Source: Rhodospirillales bacterium
Lineage (GTDB): Bacteria > Pseudomonadota > Alphaproteobacteria > MPNO01 > UBA2964
Assembly (NCBI GenBank): GCA_002727395.1
Contig: PBWY01000117.1
Location: 1-34,567, forward strand
Length of the DNA stretch: 34,567 bases
Reading direction: 5' to 3'
Under the pieces are notes generated by a model. It had not been told where the DNA came from. It worked only from the letters and a program-made list of their open reading frames with translations, and searched no databases. This document shows positions 8,930 through 17,538 of the stretch, piece by piece. The translations under genes and the position numbers were made by a program. The number at the start of each line of letters is the position of its first letter. Positions within the stretch are counted from its first letter, which is position 1.

Positions 8930-9723
8930 TTGGCAATGTGACTCGAGAGATCTAAAATTGAGGGGTTATCTCCGCAAAGAGGGCAATCCCTATCTGGTTT
9001 TAGTGTCATTTTGCGGAACTCAATTTCTAGCGCGTCATAAAGCAATAAATTGGAGTCTAAGCCTGAACCAATTCCCATAATTTCTTTTAAAACCTCCGTC
9101 GCTTGCAGTGAACCCACTGTTCCAGCCAAGGCCCCTAATACGCCACCTTCAGAACAGCTGGGCACTAGGCCATTGGGAGGAGGCTCGCGATAAAGGCATC
9201 GATAACAGGGGTAATCTTGGCCAATATGTGACTTGAATGTAGCCACTTGGCCCTCAAAACGTAGAATAGCCCCTGAGATTAACGTTTTTTTATTTAGATG
9301 ACATGCATCATTCAATAGAAACCGCGTTTCAAAATTATCGGAGCCGTCTACTATTATTTCATAATCAGAAATTAAATCGACTACGTTATGCGCTGTTAAT
9401 CTCAATTTATAAGATTGAAAATTAATCTCATTGTTTATTTTTTTTATAGTTGTGCTTGCACTTTCGACCTTGGATTTACCAATACTATGAGAATTGTGAA
9501 TAACTTGTCGTTGAAGGTTGGATAAGTCAACTACGTCATCATCCACAACACCTATTTTCCCGACACCTGCTGCTGCAAGATAGAGCAAGACTGGTGCGCC
9601 TAGGCCTCCTGCACCTATAACCAAAACACTGGAGGTTAATAGCTTTTCTTGGCCCAAGCCGCCAACTTCTGGTAGAATTATATGTCTAGCATAACGCTGA
9701 AGTTGTTTATCTGTAAACTTCAT
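8926..9723 (-). CDS. HesA/MoeB/ThiF-family E1-like adenylyltransferase (no rhodanese domain)
   Basis: LQRYARHIILPEVGGLGQEKLL, VIGAGGLGAPVLLYLAAAGVGKIGVVDDDVVDLSNLQRQ (ATP-binding), CYRCLY...C and CPLCG zinc-type cysteine pairs. I cannot separate MoeB from ThiF by eye. Confidence 0.85.
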   Translation of the reverse strand: MKFTDKQLQRYARHIILPEVGGLGQEKLLTSSVLVIGAGGLGAPVLLYLAAAGVGKIGVVDDDVVDLSNLQRQVIHNSHSIGKSKVESASTTIKKINNEINFQSYKLRLTAHNVVDLISDYEIIVDGSDNFETRFLLNDACHLNKKTLISGAILRFEGQVATFKSHIGQDYPCYRCLYREPPPNGLVPSCSEGGVLGALAGTVGSLQATEVLKEIMGIGSGLDSNLLLYDALEIEFRKMTLKPDRDCPLCGDNPSILDLSSHIAK

Positions 9724-9729
9724 TAGACT

Positions 9730-10188
9730 TTAAACTTTCTGATCCGTTATCCCCGTTGAGCCAAAACCACTATCACCGCGAATTGTTTTCGGTAGGATGT
9801 CAGTTTCTATCAGGTTTGCTTGAATAACAGGGGCAACTACCATCTGTGCAATTCGCATACTACGTTCTATAATAAATTCAACGCTTCCAAAGTTCTGCAA
9901 TATGACCTTTATTTCTCCGCGATAATCCGCATCGATAGTCCCTGGTGAGTTGAGTACGGTCACACCAAATTTAATGGCAAGTCCAGAGCGCGATCGAATT
10001 TGTGCTTCATAGCCTTCTGGCAATGCAATCGCTAATCCGGTTGGTACCATTATACGCTCACCGGGCCGTAAAATAATGTCACTTTCTACCGCTGCCGGTA
10101 AATCCATACCAGCCGCGCAGGTGCTTTCATAAGCTGGCAAGGGAATCTCTTGATTATGCGAAAGTCGTTTTACAGATATTGATTTCAT
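9730..10188 (-). CDS. dut: dUTP diphosphatase
   Basis: [44 protein letters not shown] and GFGSTG are the five dUTPase motifs. Confidence 0.93.
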   Translation of the reverse strand: MKSISVKRLSHNQEIPLPAYESTCAAGMDLPAAVESDIILRPGERIMVPTGLAIALPEGYEAQIRSRSGLAIKFGVTVLNSPGTIDADYRGEIKVILQNFGSVEFIIERSMRIAQMVVAPVIQANLIETDILPKTIRGDSGFGSTGITDQKV

Positions 10189-10193
10189 AATTT

Positions 10194-11405
10194 TTATTTT
10201 TTTTCTGCCAGCGATTGAAAATGATCCGCAATCCGTTTTACTAATTCATAGGCGACATTTTTTTTCGACATTTCGGGCCAACTTTCAGTTCCGTCATTGT
10301 TAATGAAATGAACCCGATTTTGGTTGCCACCAAAAGTGTTTGATCCCATTGAGACATCATTTCCCAAAATCCAGTCACAGTTTTTTTCAATACGCTTAGG
10401 TGATGCTTTAGAAATCACATCGCTCGTTTCAGCTGCAAAACCAATCACTAGCCTTGGTCGTCCGTTACCTTTTTTAGCTAAAGTTTTCAAAATATCGGGG
10501 TTTTTTTTAAGAGAGAGGGATAGTGTATCCCCCTTTTTTTTGATTTTGCCCTTCGACTTCTTTCTAATACGCCAATCAGAGACGGCAGCCGCGCAAACAG
10601 CAATATCGGCCGGAAGAGAAGTTTTGCAGGCCTCTAGCATTTGCTCTGCTGTTTCAACATGGATTACATTTACACCAGTAGGGTCTGGTTCTTGGGTGGG
10701 ACCGGTCACAAGTGTTGTATCGGCGCCAAATTTTGCGAGCGCTGAAGCTATAGCATGTCCCTGTTTTCCAGAGGAGCGGTTAGCTATATAACGAACCGGA
10801 TCTATGGCCTCTTGAGTGGGACCACTGGTCACAATAGCATGAACGCCACTCAGCCGACCCTCGCAGGAAAAATAAAGTTGGATTTCTTAAAGAATTTCAT
10901 GTGGTTCCATCATTCGTCCCATACCAAATTCGCCGCATGCCATATTACCGGATCCCGGCCCGATAATTTGCACACCCCGATTACGCAAAATTTTCAAATT
11001 ATTAACGGTAGCCTCATGTTTCCACATGCGAACATTCATTGATGGGGCCGCCATAATAGTTTTGTCTGCAGCTAGTAAGATAGTAGTCGCCAAGTCATCA
11101 GCAACACCCTGCGCCATGCTAGAAAGTATATTAGCGGTTGCCGGTGCTATTACGATTAAATCTGATTCCCGAGAAAGCCGAATATGCCCCATTTCATTTT
11201 CGTCGGTTAGCGAAAAAAGGTCACTGAATACCTTTTCCTCGGATAATACTGAGACCGATAAAGGTGTGATAAATTTAGTCGCTGCTTTAGTTAGAACACA
11301 GCGGACTAAAACGCCTTGTTCTCTGAGATGGCGAATTAAATCTAAACTTTTATAAGCTGCTATACCACCGGATATAACCAATAAAATGCGTTTGCCCTTC
11401 AGCAT
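10194..11405 (-). pseudogene. coaBC: Bifunctional phosphopantothenoylcysteine decarboxylase / phosphopantothenate-cysteine ligase, interrupted by one in-frame TAA (10887-10889)
   Basis: The 11405-10887 piece is the CoaC flavoprotein domain (KRILLVISGGIAAYKSLDLIRHL...MACGEFGMGRMMEPHEIL*). The same frame continues EIQLYFSCEGRLSGVHAIVTSGPTQEAIDPVRYIANRSSGKQG... into the CoaB domain (ORF-track piece 10832-10194). The 54-nt gap equals 18 codons, so this is not a frameshift. It may instead function as two separate CDSs. Confidence 0.8.
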
Positions 11406-11520
11406 AATTACGGACCTTTGGTTAAAAATTTGATTTGTTTTTTTAGTAAATTAGTGTTTCAGGCCCGTAACGGCAAGAATTCACTTTTATGCTATAGAAA
11501 TAAGTTATTATTTTGCAAAT

Positions 11521-11553
11521 AATAAAAAGCGGTACTAAAAGTACCGCTTTTTA
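11521..11553 (-). terminator. Rho-independent terminator downstream of tctC
   Basis: Perfect hairpin AAAAGCGGTAC-TAAAA-GTACCGCTTTT (stem 11525-11535 / 11541-11551). On the minus strand it is followed by TTTTTATT. It lies 10 nt past the tctC stop. Confidence 0.7.
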
Positions 11554-11562
11554 TATTCTAGT

Positions 11563-12597
11563 TTACTTTTGATTAATCAATTTTCTGACGCGCTTAAACA
11601 ACTTAGCCTCGGCATTGGTAATAAGTTTTGCATGGGCTTGTTGAGGTTGCCAATTAATATAACCCCAGTCCATTTTCCGCGTTTTTGCGGCTGCAATGGC
11701 TTCCGGATCCTTGGCCATTTTTTTGAATGCTATTCGAAGTGCGTTCAGCCGGGCTTTAGGGATACCCGGTGGCGCAATCCATGCCCGTCCAATCACATCA
11801 TTGTTACTGATTAACTCAACAATTTTACGGTCCAATGGATTTTGAACTAAGTCACGAAAAACTGGGGCATTTGGTGCATCCTTAAGTGGCGACAGGGAAT
11901 TTGCTGCGAGCACGATTACACGCCCGTCCTTCAGCCAATGCGGACGTATTAATGCGACTGATGACCAACCGGATTGGAAGCCGTCAGCTTCTTTATTATC
12001 TAACGCTTTATAGACACCAGCCATACCGCGATAGCCTGTAACAATTTTAAATTTTGTACCAATCATACTGTTTGCAAGCTTAGGTAAAATAAATGTTTGT
12101 GATCCTTTGCCAGTCGAAGCAAAAACAACAGATTTCTTTTTTGCCTCTTCCATTGTTTTAATTCCGGAACGCTTGAGGACTACAAAGGCTCCCTGTGGTT
12201 TGTCGACACCCCCTAAATAATGAAAATTATTGGCAACATATTTTACTCCTGTTGTGCGCATCCGCGATGCAAAGGGTGTATCTGAAAGTAAAATACCTAT
12301 TGCAGTCCCATCTTTTGCTGCCCGATTATATAGGTAGTTAGCTGCTTTAGTGCCCCCGGCCCCTCCCATATTTTGTGTAATAAATGTTGGATTACCTGGC
12401 ATATGTTTCTTCATAAATGGTGAGATAAATAGTGAATATTTATGATGGCCTCCCCCTGCGCGAGCTGCGACAACTATTTTAACCTGCTTTCCTTTATAAA
12501 AATTCGCAACATCGTTGGCTTTAACCTCAAAACCCAAACCGAATGAAAGAAAAGCTGTTATCGCCGTAAAAGCTAATGCTGATTTTAGAGAATTCAT
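11563..12597 (-). CDS. tctC: Tripartite tricarboxylate transporter substrate-binding protein (Bug/TctC family)
   Basis: Signal peptide MNSLKSALAFTAITAFLSFGLGFEVKA. NMGGAGGTKAANYLYN..., GSQTFILPKL and TGYRGMAGVYKALDNKEADG are typical Bug-family blocks. No tctA or tctB adjacent. Confidence 0.82.
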   Translation of the reverse strand: MNSLKSALAFTAITAFLSFGLGFEVKANDVANFYKGKQVKIVVAARAGGGHHKYSLFISPFMKKHMPGNPTFITQNMGGAGGTKAANYLYNRAAKDGTAIGILLSDTPFASRMRTTGVKYVANNFHYLGGVDKPQGAFVVLKRSGIKTMEEAKKKSVVFASTGKGSQTFILPKLANSMIGTKFKIVTGYRGMAGVYKALDNKEADGFQSGWSSVALIRPHWLKDGRVIVLAANSLSPLKDAPNAPVFRDLVQNPLDRKIVELISNNDVIGRAWIAPPGIPKARLNALRIAFKKMAKDPEAIAAAKTRKMDWGYINWQPQQAHAKLITNAEAKLFKRVRKLINQK

Positions 12598-12686
12598 TTT
12601 ATTTTTCCCCTGTTAAAGTTTTAGTTTTTTATTTCTGTATCATTTTGTATGAAAATATTACGAGAAAAGCAATTTTGAGCTACTTT

Positions 12687-14258
12687 TTAGTAAATTGATA
12701 CAATTAAAAAACTCATCACTAACCCGGCTCCAATCCACCAAGCCCAGCGCGAAATAGGTTTGTGTTTCGACATGGTGTTGGTGGTGCCTTGATCTAACTT
12801 CAGACCCCGTTGCCCAATAGTTTTCACGCTTTCGCTTAAATTTATTATTAAACTCGGGAGATGTTCGATCACTTTTCCAGCCTCAGAAATAGCTTCCTTG
12901 GCTCGGAATTCTTGGGTGAGGTTCTTTTCTACCCATTCCTCTATTAGAGGCCTGGCCAATTCCCACATATTTGTCTCTGGGTAGAGTTGTCGTCCAACCC
13001 CTTCAGCCACAAGCATTGTTTTTTGAAGTAAAAGCAATTGTGGTTGTGTTTCCATTTCAAATCGTTGAGCAACAAGAAAGAGTTGTTCCAGAAGGCGGGC
13101 TAAAGAAATTTCCTTCAAGGGTAATCCCATTATGGGTTCGGCGATCGCCCTTGCGGCTTGGGCAAAAGATTCCCGTGTTTTGGAATTTGGAAGATAACCG
13201 GCTGTAACGTGTGCTTTTGCAACTTTGGTATAGTCAGCTTCAATAAAACCAGTGAGCATTTCGGCTAAGTAATATCGTGTTTTTTTATCAACACGCCCCA
13301 TGATACCAAAATCTATTATATTTATTACGCCGTCTTTGCTGACCAATATATTCCCTGGGTGAAGGTCAGCATGAAAAAAACCGTCTCTGAAGACCTGAAG
13401 AAAAAATGCTCTAGCCATATTTGCTACTAATTTTTCAATATTTAATCCGTTTTTATTTAGTTCAGATACTTCATCTATGGGAGTCCCAGAAATACGCTCT
13501 GAAGTCAGGACTCTCTTGCCTGTTCGGGACCAGTCCATTTTTGGAATATTGAAGCTTGGATCATTTTTAAAATTAAGTCGAAGCTCATCACCAGCGGCAG
13601 CCTCTAGTCTTAAATCCATTTCCATAAAAACGGTTTGAGAAAGGGTATCAACAACTTCAACTGGGCGGAGGCGACGTATATTGGGTGCAAAACGTTCTAA
13701 AATGGACGCTAACCAATATAATAAATCGAGCTCATGATTAAATTTTTCTTCAATGTCTGGCCTTAAGATTTTTACTGCGACGGGAATATCTTCTGAAGTT
13801 GTAGCAAAATGAACTTGCGCAATTGAAGCAGCTGCAATCGGGGTTTCTTCAAAAGTTTTGAATATTTGATCTAGCGATTTTCCAAATTCATCTTCAATTG
13901 CCTGTTTAGCGTCCTTTGAAGAGAAGGGTGGCAAATGATCTTGAAGTTTGCTTAGGTCGTCAGCAAGGTCTTGCCCAATTAAATCGGGCCTAACAGAGAG
14001 CGCCTGCCCTAATTTGATAAACCCCGGCCCAAGATTTTGAAGAGCTAGTGCTAATTTTTGACCGTTGCGTAGGTTTGTGACCTCTGCCGTGATACTCACG
14101 CCGAAGGTAATAAGCCTAATAATAATATTTAGGAATTTTATAGGTATCTCATTTCGCTCAACAAAAAATAAAGCATCATAACGCGCAATTGTACGAATTA
14201 TTTGGATTAAAGTTTTTATTTTAAGAAAACTACGGATCATCTGCTTCAGATGCGCCAT
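12687..14258 (-). CDS. ubiB: Ubiquinone biosynthesis regulatory kinase-like protein UbiB (ABC1/ADCK family)
   Basis: LGPGFIKLGQALSVRPDLIG, AAASIAQVHFA, VAVKILRP, FFHADLHPGNILV and DFGIMG motifs, plus a C-terminal TM helix. An alternative start at 14240 is possible. Confidence 0.9.
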   Translation of the reverse strand: MAHLKQMIRSFLKIKTLIQIIRTIARYDALFFVERNEIPIKFLNIIIRLITFGVSITAEVTNLRNGQKLALALQNLGPGFIKLGQALSVRPDLIGQDLADDLSKLQDHLPPFSSKDAKQAIEDEFGKSLDQIFKTFEETPIAAASIAQVHFATTSEDIPVAVKILRPDIEEKFNHELDLLYWLASILERFAPNIRRLRPVEVVDTLSQTVFMEMDLRLEAAAGDELRLNFKNDPSFNIPKMDWSRTGKRVLTSERISGTPIDEVSELNKNGLNIEKLVANMARAFFLQVFRDGFFHADLHPGNILVSKDGVINIIDFGIMGRVDKKTRYYLAEMLTGFIEADYTKVAKAHVTAGYLPNSKTRESFAQAARAIAEPIMGLPLKEISLARLLEQLFLVAQRFEMETQPQLLLLQKTMLVAEGVGRQLYPETNMWELARPLIEEWVEKNLTQEFRAKEAISEAGKVIEHLPSLIINLSESVKTIGQRGLKLDQGTTNTMSKHKPISRWAWWIGAGLVMSFLIVSIY

Positions 14259-15040
14259 CCAGAATGTATGGCAACAATGCCGCCGGATAGAGTATGATAA
14301 TTTATATTTGAAAACCCAGCTCTCTTGAGTTCCTCGGCCAAAATGTCAGGTTTTGGAAACTTACGAATACTTTCAACTAAATATTGGTATGATTCCCTAT
14401 CTTGTGTGATTAATTTCCCAAGCCAAGGAAGAATGTGTTTTGAATATGCTTCATATAATGGAGCTAAGGTTGGAGTTATAACAGGTGAAAACTCAAGACA
14501 TAAAAAATGTCCCCCAAATTTTAGGACTCTGTGCATTTCGGAGAGGCTGGCGGAACGATCAGTGACATTTCTCAGACCGAAAGATATTACACAAATGTCA
14601 ATGGATAAATCCTCTATTGGTATCCTCTCAGCTGGAGCAGTAATAAATTCAATACCTTTAACATAACCTCGATCTACGGCCCTTTTGCGCGCTATTTCTA
14701 GCATCGCATCATTAGGGTCACACAAGGTAGCCTTAAAACCCTTAGAATGTTTCGGACCTTCTTTTTGCAGGCAATCGAGACATTGAAGAGTAATATCTCC
14801 AGTCCCTGCTGCCATATCTAAGAATTGCACATGGGACCTTGGATTAATATGGTTAATAAGTACTTTTTTCCATAATCGATGCAATCCCCCGCTCATCAAA
14901 TCATTCATAAGATCATATTTATGTGCCACAGATTGAAATACATTAGACACCAATGCCGCATGCTCCCCCCTACTGACACGGCGATAGCCAAAGTTGGTTT
15001 CGGAATCACTTGCCGAGTCCGTTGTGTATTTTTTTTTCAT
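14246..15040 (-). CDS. ubiE: Ubiquinone/menaquinone C-methyltransferase
   Basis: VFQSVAHKYDLMNDLMSGGLHRLWK, LDMAAGTGDI (SAM motif I), ISFGLRNVTD, VLKFGGHFLCLEFS. Start placed at ATG 15040 (MKKKYT...). The ORF track extends this to 15061. Confidence 0.9.
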   Translation of the reverse strand: MKKKYTTDSASDSETNFGYRRVSRGEHAALVSNVFQSVAHKYDLMNDLMSGGLHRLWKKVLINHINPRSHVQFLDMAAGTGDITLQCLDCLQKEGPKHSKGFKATLCDPNDAMLEIARKRAVDRGYVKGIEFITAPAERIPIEDLSIDICVISFGLRNVTDRSASLSEMHRVLKFGGHFLCLEFSPVITPTLAPLYEAYSKHILPWLGKLITQDRESYQYLVESIRKFPKPDILAEELKRAGFSNINYHTLSGGIVAIHSGWRI

Positions 15041-15124
15041 GTGTTCACAATAGCCTAGCAAGGCTATTGACGCTAGCTTGAGTATTTGAAACTAGAAATG
15101 TTTTAAAATTCCTGGAGATATATA

Positions 15125-15955
15125 ATGCCTGAACTTCCAGAAGTAGAAACAATTCGGCGAGGCCTTTTAAAGGCCATGAAAGGGCAGTGTGTTAGTAAAA
15201 TAATAGTGCGGCGTACAGATTTAAGGCGGCCTGTGCCTAAAAATTTTATTGATATAGTCTCTGGTAAAAGGATCTTAGATGTTAATCGTCGAGCAAAGTA
15301 TCTCTTGGTTAATTTAGAAGCTAATGTTGTTGTAATCGTACATTTAGGAATGTCGGGTCGAATGGTGATAGAGCGCGGGACGGATCCCAACATCCCTAGT
15401 AGAAAGCATGAACACATAGTTTTTATTTTAGAAGATGATACAAATGTGAGATTTTCTGATCCACGACGTTTTGGATTAATTGAAATTTCCAATTCTAAGA
15501 ACCTCAACTCACATGAATTGCTTAGGAATATCGGTATTGAGCCACTTAGCAAAGAATTTAACGCTTTAACGATTGCCAAACAGTTTAAGAAGAGGAAAAG
15601 GACAATCAAGTCTGTTTTATTAGATCAGAGTATCGTTGCGGGCTTAGGCAATATATATGTTTGCGAAGGACTTTTTATGGCTAAAATATCTCCAACGCGT
15701 ATTGCTCATTCTGTGACATTTAAAGAAATTGAAATTTTTGTAATAAAGATCAAACAGCTTTTGCTTGATGCAATAAGTTCCGGTGGTTCTACTTTAAAGG
15801 ATCATGTAAGTGTCACAGGAAATATGGGGTATTTTCAATATAAATTTCTAGTTTATGGACGTGAGAATAAACCATGTATGATCTGCGGAGAGGCGATTAC
15901 TCGAATTAATCAAGCAGGAAGGTCGACATTTTTCTGCAATAATTGTCAAAAATAA
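15125..15955 (+). CDS. mutM: Formamidopyrimidine-DNA glycosylase
   Basis: MPELPEVETIRRGL N-terminus, HLGMSGR, H2TH region LLDQSIVAGLGNIYVCE, C-terminal zinc finger CMICG...FFCNNCQ. Confidence 0.93.
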   Translation: MPELPEVETIRRGLLKAMKGQCVSKIIVRRTDLRRPVPKNFIDIVSGKRILDVNRRAKYLLVNLEANVVVIVHLGMSGRMVIERGTDPNIPSRKHEHIVFILEDDTNVRFSDPRRFGLIEISNSKNLNSHELLRNIGIEPLSKEFNALTIAKQFKKRKRTIKSVLLDQSIVAGLGNIYVCEGLFMAKISPTRIAHSVTFKEIEIFVIKIKQLLLDAISSGGSTLKDHVSVTGNMGYFQYKFLVYGRENKPCMICGEAITRINQAGRSTFFCNNCQK

Positions 15956-15959
15956 ATCT

Positions 15960-16370
15960 ATGTGTGTTATGAATCTAAGACTAGGAAATAAATTTTTTTT
16001 CATTCTAAAAAATGTGGCTTTCATTTTCTTGTTAGGATTTTTTTTATGCAATGTGAATTCTGCATTGGCCTCATCTTTTTTTTCCACCATTGACGATTTG
16101 CCGATGATGAGGGGTATGGAGGAATCAAAAGATTCTGGTGTGATGTTTTCAACCCTAAAAGGTAGGATATTTGAGATCGCAGCTAATGGAAAATTAGGAG
16201 AAGAAATTTCCAAACGTAAAGTCATATTATTTTATGCTCAGACACTCCCTCAGTTGGGTTGGAGATCAGCAGGTTTCAATGCTTGGATCCGTGAAGGAGA
16301 GCGGTTACAGCTTAAAATCTCTATAAATAAAGGAATCCTGACTACTCATTTTTCTCTTATGCCAAAATAG
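15960..16370 (+). CDS. Hypothetical exported protein
   Basis: Starts 4 nt after the mutM stop. Hydrophobic signal-like N-terminus (FIFLLGFFLCNVNSALA). I recognise no family. Coding status rests on length, position and codon look only. Confidence 0.5.
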   Translation: MCVMNLRLGNKFFFILKNVAFIFLLGFFLCNVNSALASSFFSTIDDLPMMRGMEESKDSGVMFSTLKGRIFEIAANGKLGEEISKRKVILFYAQTLPQLGWRSAGFNAWIREGERLQLKISINKGILTTHFSLMPK

Positions 16371-16396
16371 TTTTTCAATAAAAGGAATTATGCCTA

Positions 16397-17167
16397 ATGA
16401 CTTATGATACGATTAAAGCCGAACTTCATGGCAATGTAGGTCTCATAACCCTTAATCGGCCAGATTCTTTAAATGCACTTTCCTCAAAGTTGATTAGTGA
16501 GTTAGCTGAGGAGTTGAAGCTGATGGACACCAATAAAGAAATCGGAGCTATGGTTTTAACTGGTTCTGATAAAGCATTTGCTGCCGGTGCAGATATTAGG
16601 GAAATGCAAGATAAAATGTGGCCCGAGACATTTAATGAGGACTTTATTACGGATGGATGGGAGCAAGTAGCAGATTGTCGGAAGCCTATTATAGCTGCAG
16701 TCGCAGGTTTTGCTCTAGGCGGCGGCTGTGAAATAGCGATGATGTGTGATTTTATTTTGGCGGCGGAGTCAGCAAAATTTGGACAGCCAGAGATTAAAAT
16801 TGGAGTATGGCCGGGGGCAGGGGGGTCTCAGCGCCTGACTCGATTGGTTGGTAAGTCTAAGTCAATGGAAATGTGTTTGACCGGGAGGATGATGGGGGCT
16901 GAAGAGGCCGAGCGTGTCGGTTTGGTTAGTCGAGTTGTACCGGATGCGGATTTAATTGAAGACGCAATAAATACGGCAAAACAAATTGCATCGATGTCAC
17001 GCCCTGCCACGCTTATGATTAAAGATATTATTAACCGTTCCTATGAAACAACTCTTTCAGAAGGTATTAGGTATGAAAGGCGCATGTTCCAAGCATCGTT
17101 TGGAACGCCAGATCAGCGAGAGGGTATGGCGGCTTTTGTTGAAAAACGTAAGCCGGAATTTAGTTAA
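16397..17167 (+). CDS. Enoyl-CoA hydratase (crotonase family)
   Basis: GLITLNRPDSLNAL, FAAGADIREM, AAVAGFALGGGCEIAMMCDFILAAESAKFGQPEIKIGVWPGAGGSQRL, EGMAAFVEKRKPEF. Confidence 0.9.
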   Translation: MTYDTIKAELHGNVGLITLNRPDSLNALSSKLISELAEELKLMDTNKEIGAMVLTGSDKAFAAGADIREMQDKMWPETFNEDFITDGWEQVADCRKPIIAAVAGFALGGGCEIAMMCDFILAAESAKFGQPEIKIGVWPGAGGSQRLTRLVGKSKSMEMCLTGRMMGAEEAERVGLVSRVVPDADLIEDAINTAKQIASMSRPATLMIKDIINRSYETTLSEGIRYERRMFQASFGTPDQREGMAAFVEKRKPEFS

Positions 17168-17209
17168 ATTTGGTCATATGAAAAGTCCATATAATAATCA
17201 GTTAAAAGC

Positions 17210-17236
17210 TTGACGAAAAAGTGGGACCACTATACA
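17210..17236 (+). promoter_or_regulatory. Possible sigma-70-type promoter for rpsT
   Basis: TTGACG (17210-17215) and TATACA (17231-17236), about 40 nt upstream of the rpsT ATG. The 15-nt spacer is short, so this is tentative. Confidence 0.3.
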
Positions 17237-17274
17237 AACCCACACCGCTAAATTTATAGGCAGGGTAAATATTA

Positions 17275-17538
17275 ATGGCTAATTCGATTTCTGCAAGAAA
17301 GCGTGTAAGACAAACGGATAAACGAGCAGCGCAAAATCGTGATCGCCGTAGTCGAATTCGTACAGTTGTAAAGGATGTTGAACTCGCAATAGCGAGAGGG
17401 AATCGTGCGGACGCCGAGGTAGCATTCAAGGCAATGGAACCTGAACTGATGCGTGGTGTGACCAAAGGGATTCTAAAAAAGAACACAGCATCACGCAAAG
17501 TTTCACGGTTATCTGCGCAAGTTAACTCACTTAAATAA
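17275..17538 (+). CDS. rpsT: 30S ribosomal protein S20
   Basis: MANSISARKRVRQTDKRAAQNRDRRSRIRT... is a basic 87-aa protein with the classic S20 N-terminus. It sits upstream of dnaA, as in many Alphaproteobacteria. Confidence 0.93.
   Translation: MANSISARKRVRQTDKRAAQNRDRRSRIRTVVKDVELAIARGNRADAEVAFKAMEPELMRGVTKGILKKNTASRKVSRLSAQVNSLK

Noticed and set aside
15103-15609. 168-aa minus-strand ORF overlapping mutM. The same applies to other antisense or shadow ORFs: 421-1488 inside pnp, 10324-10791 opposite coaB, 17202-17696 opposite rpsT, 23007-23438 opposite gyrB, and 26415-26882 opposite the PBP.
   Set aside because: Each lies entirely within a gene whose opposite-strand or alternate-frame translation has unmistakable family motifs. 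Their own translations are low-complexity with no recognisable domains. These are long antisense frames, not genes.
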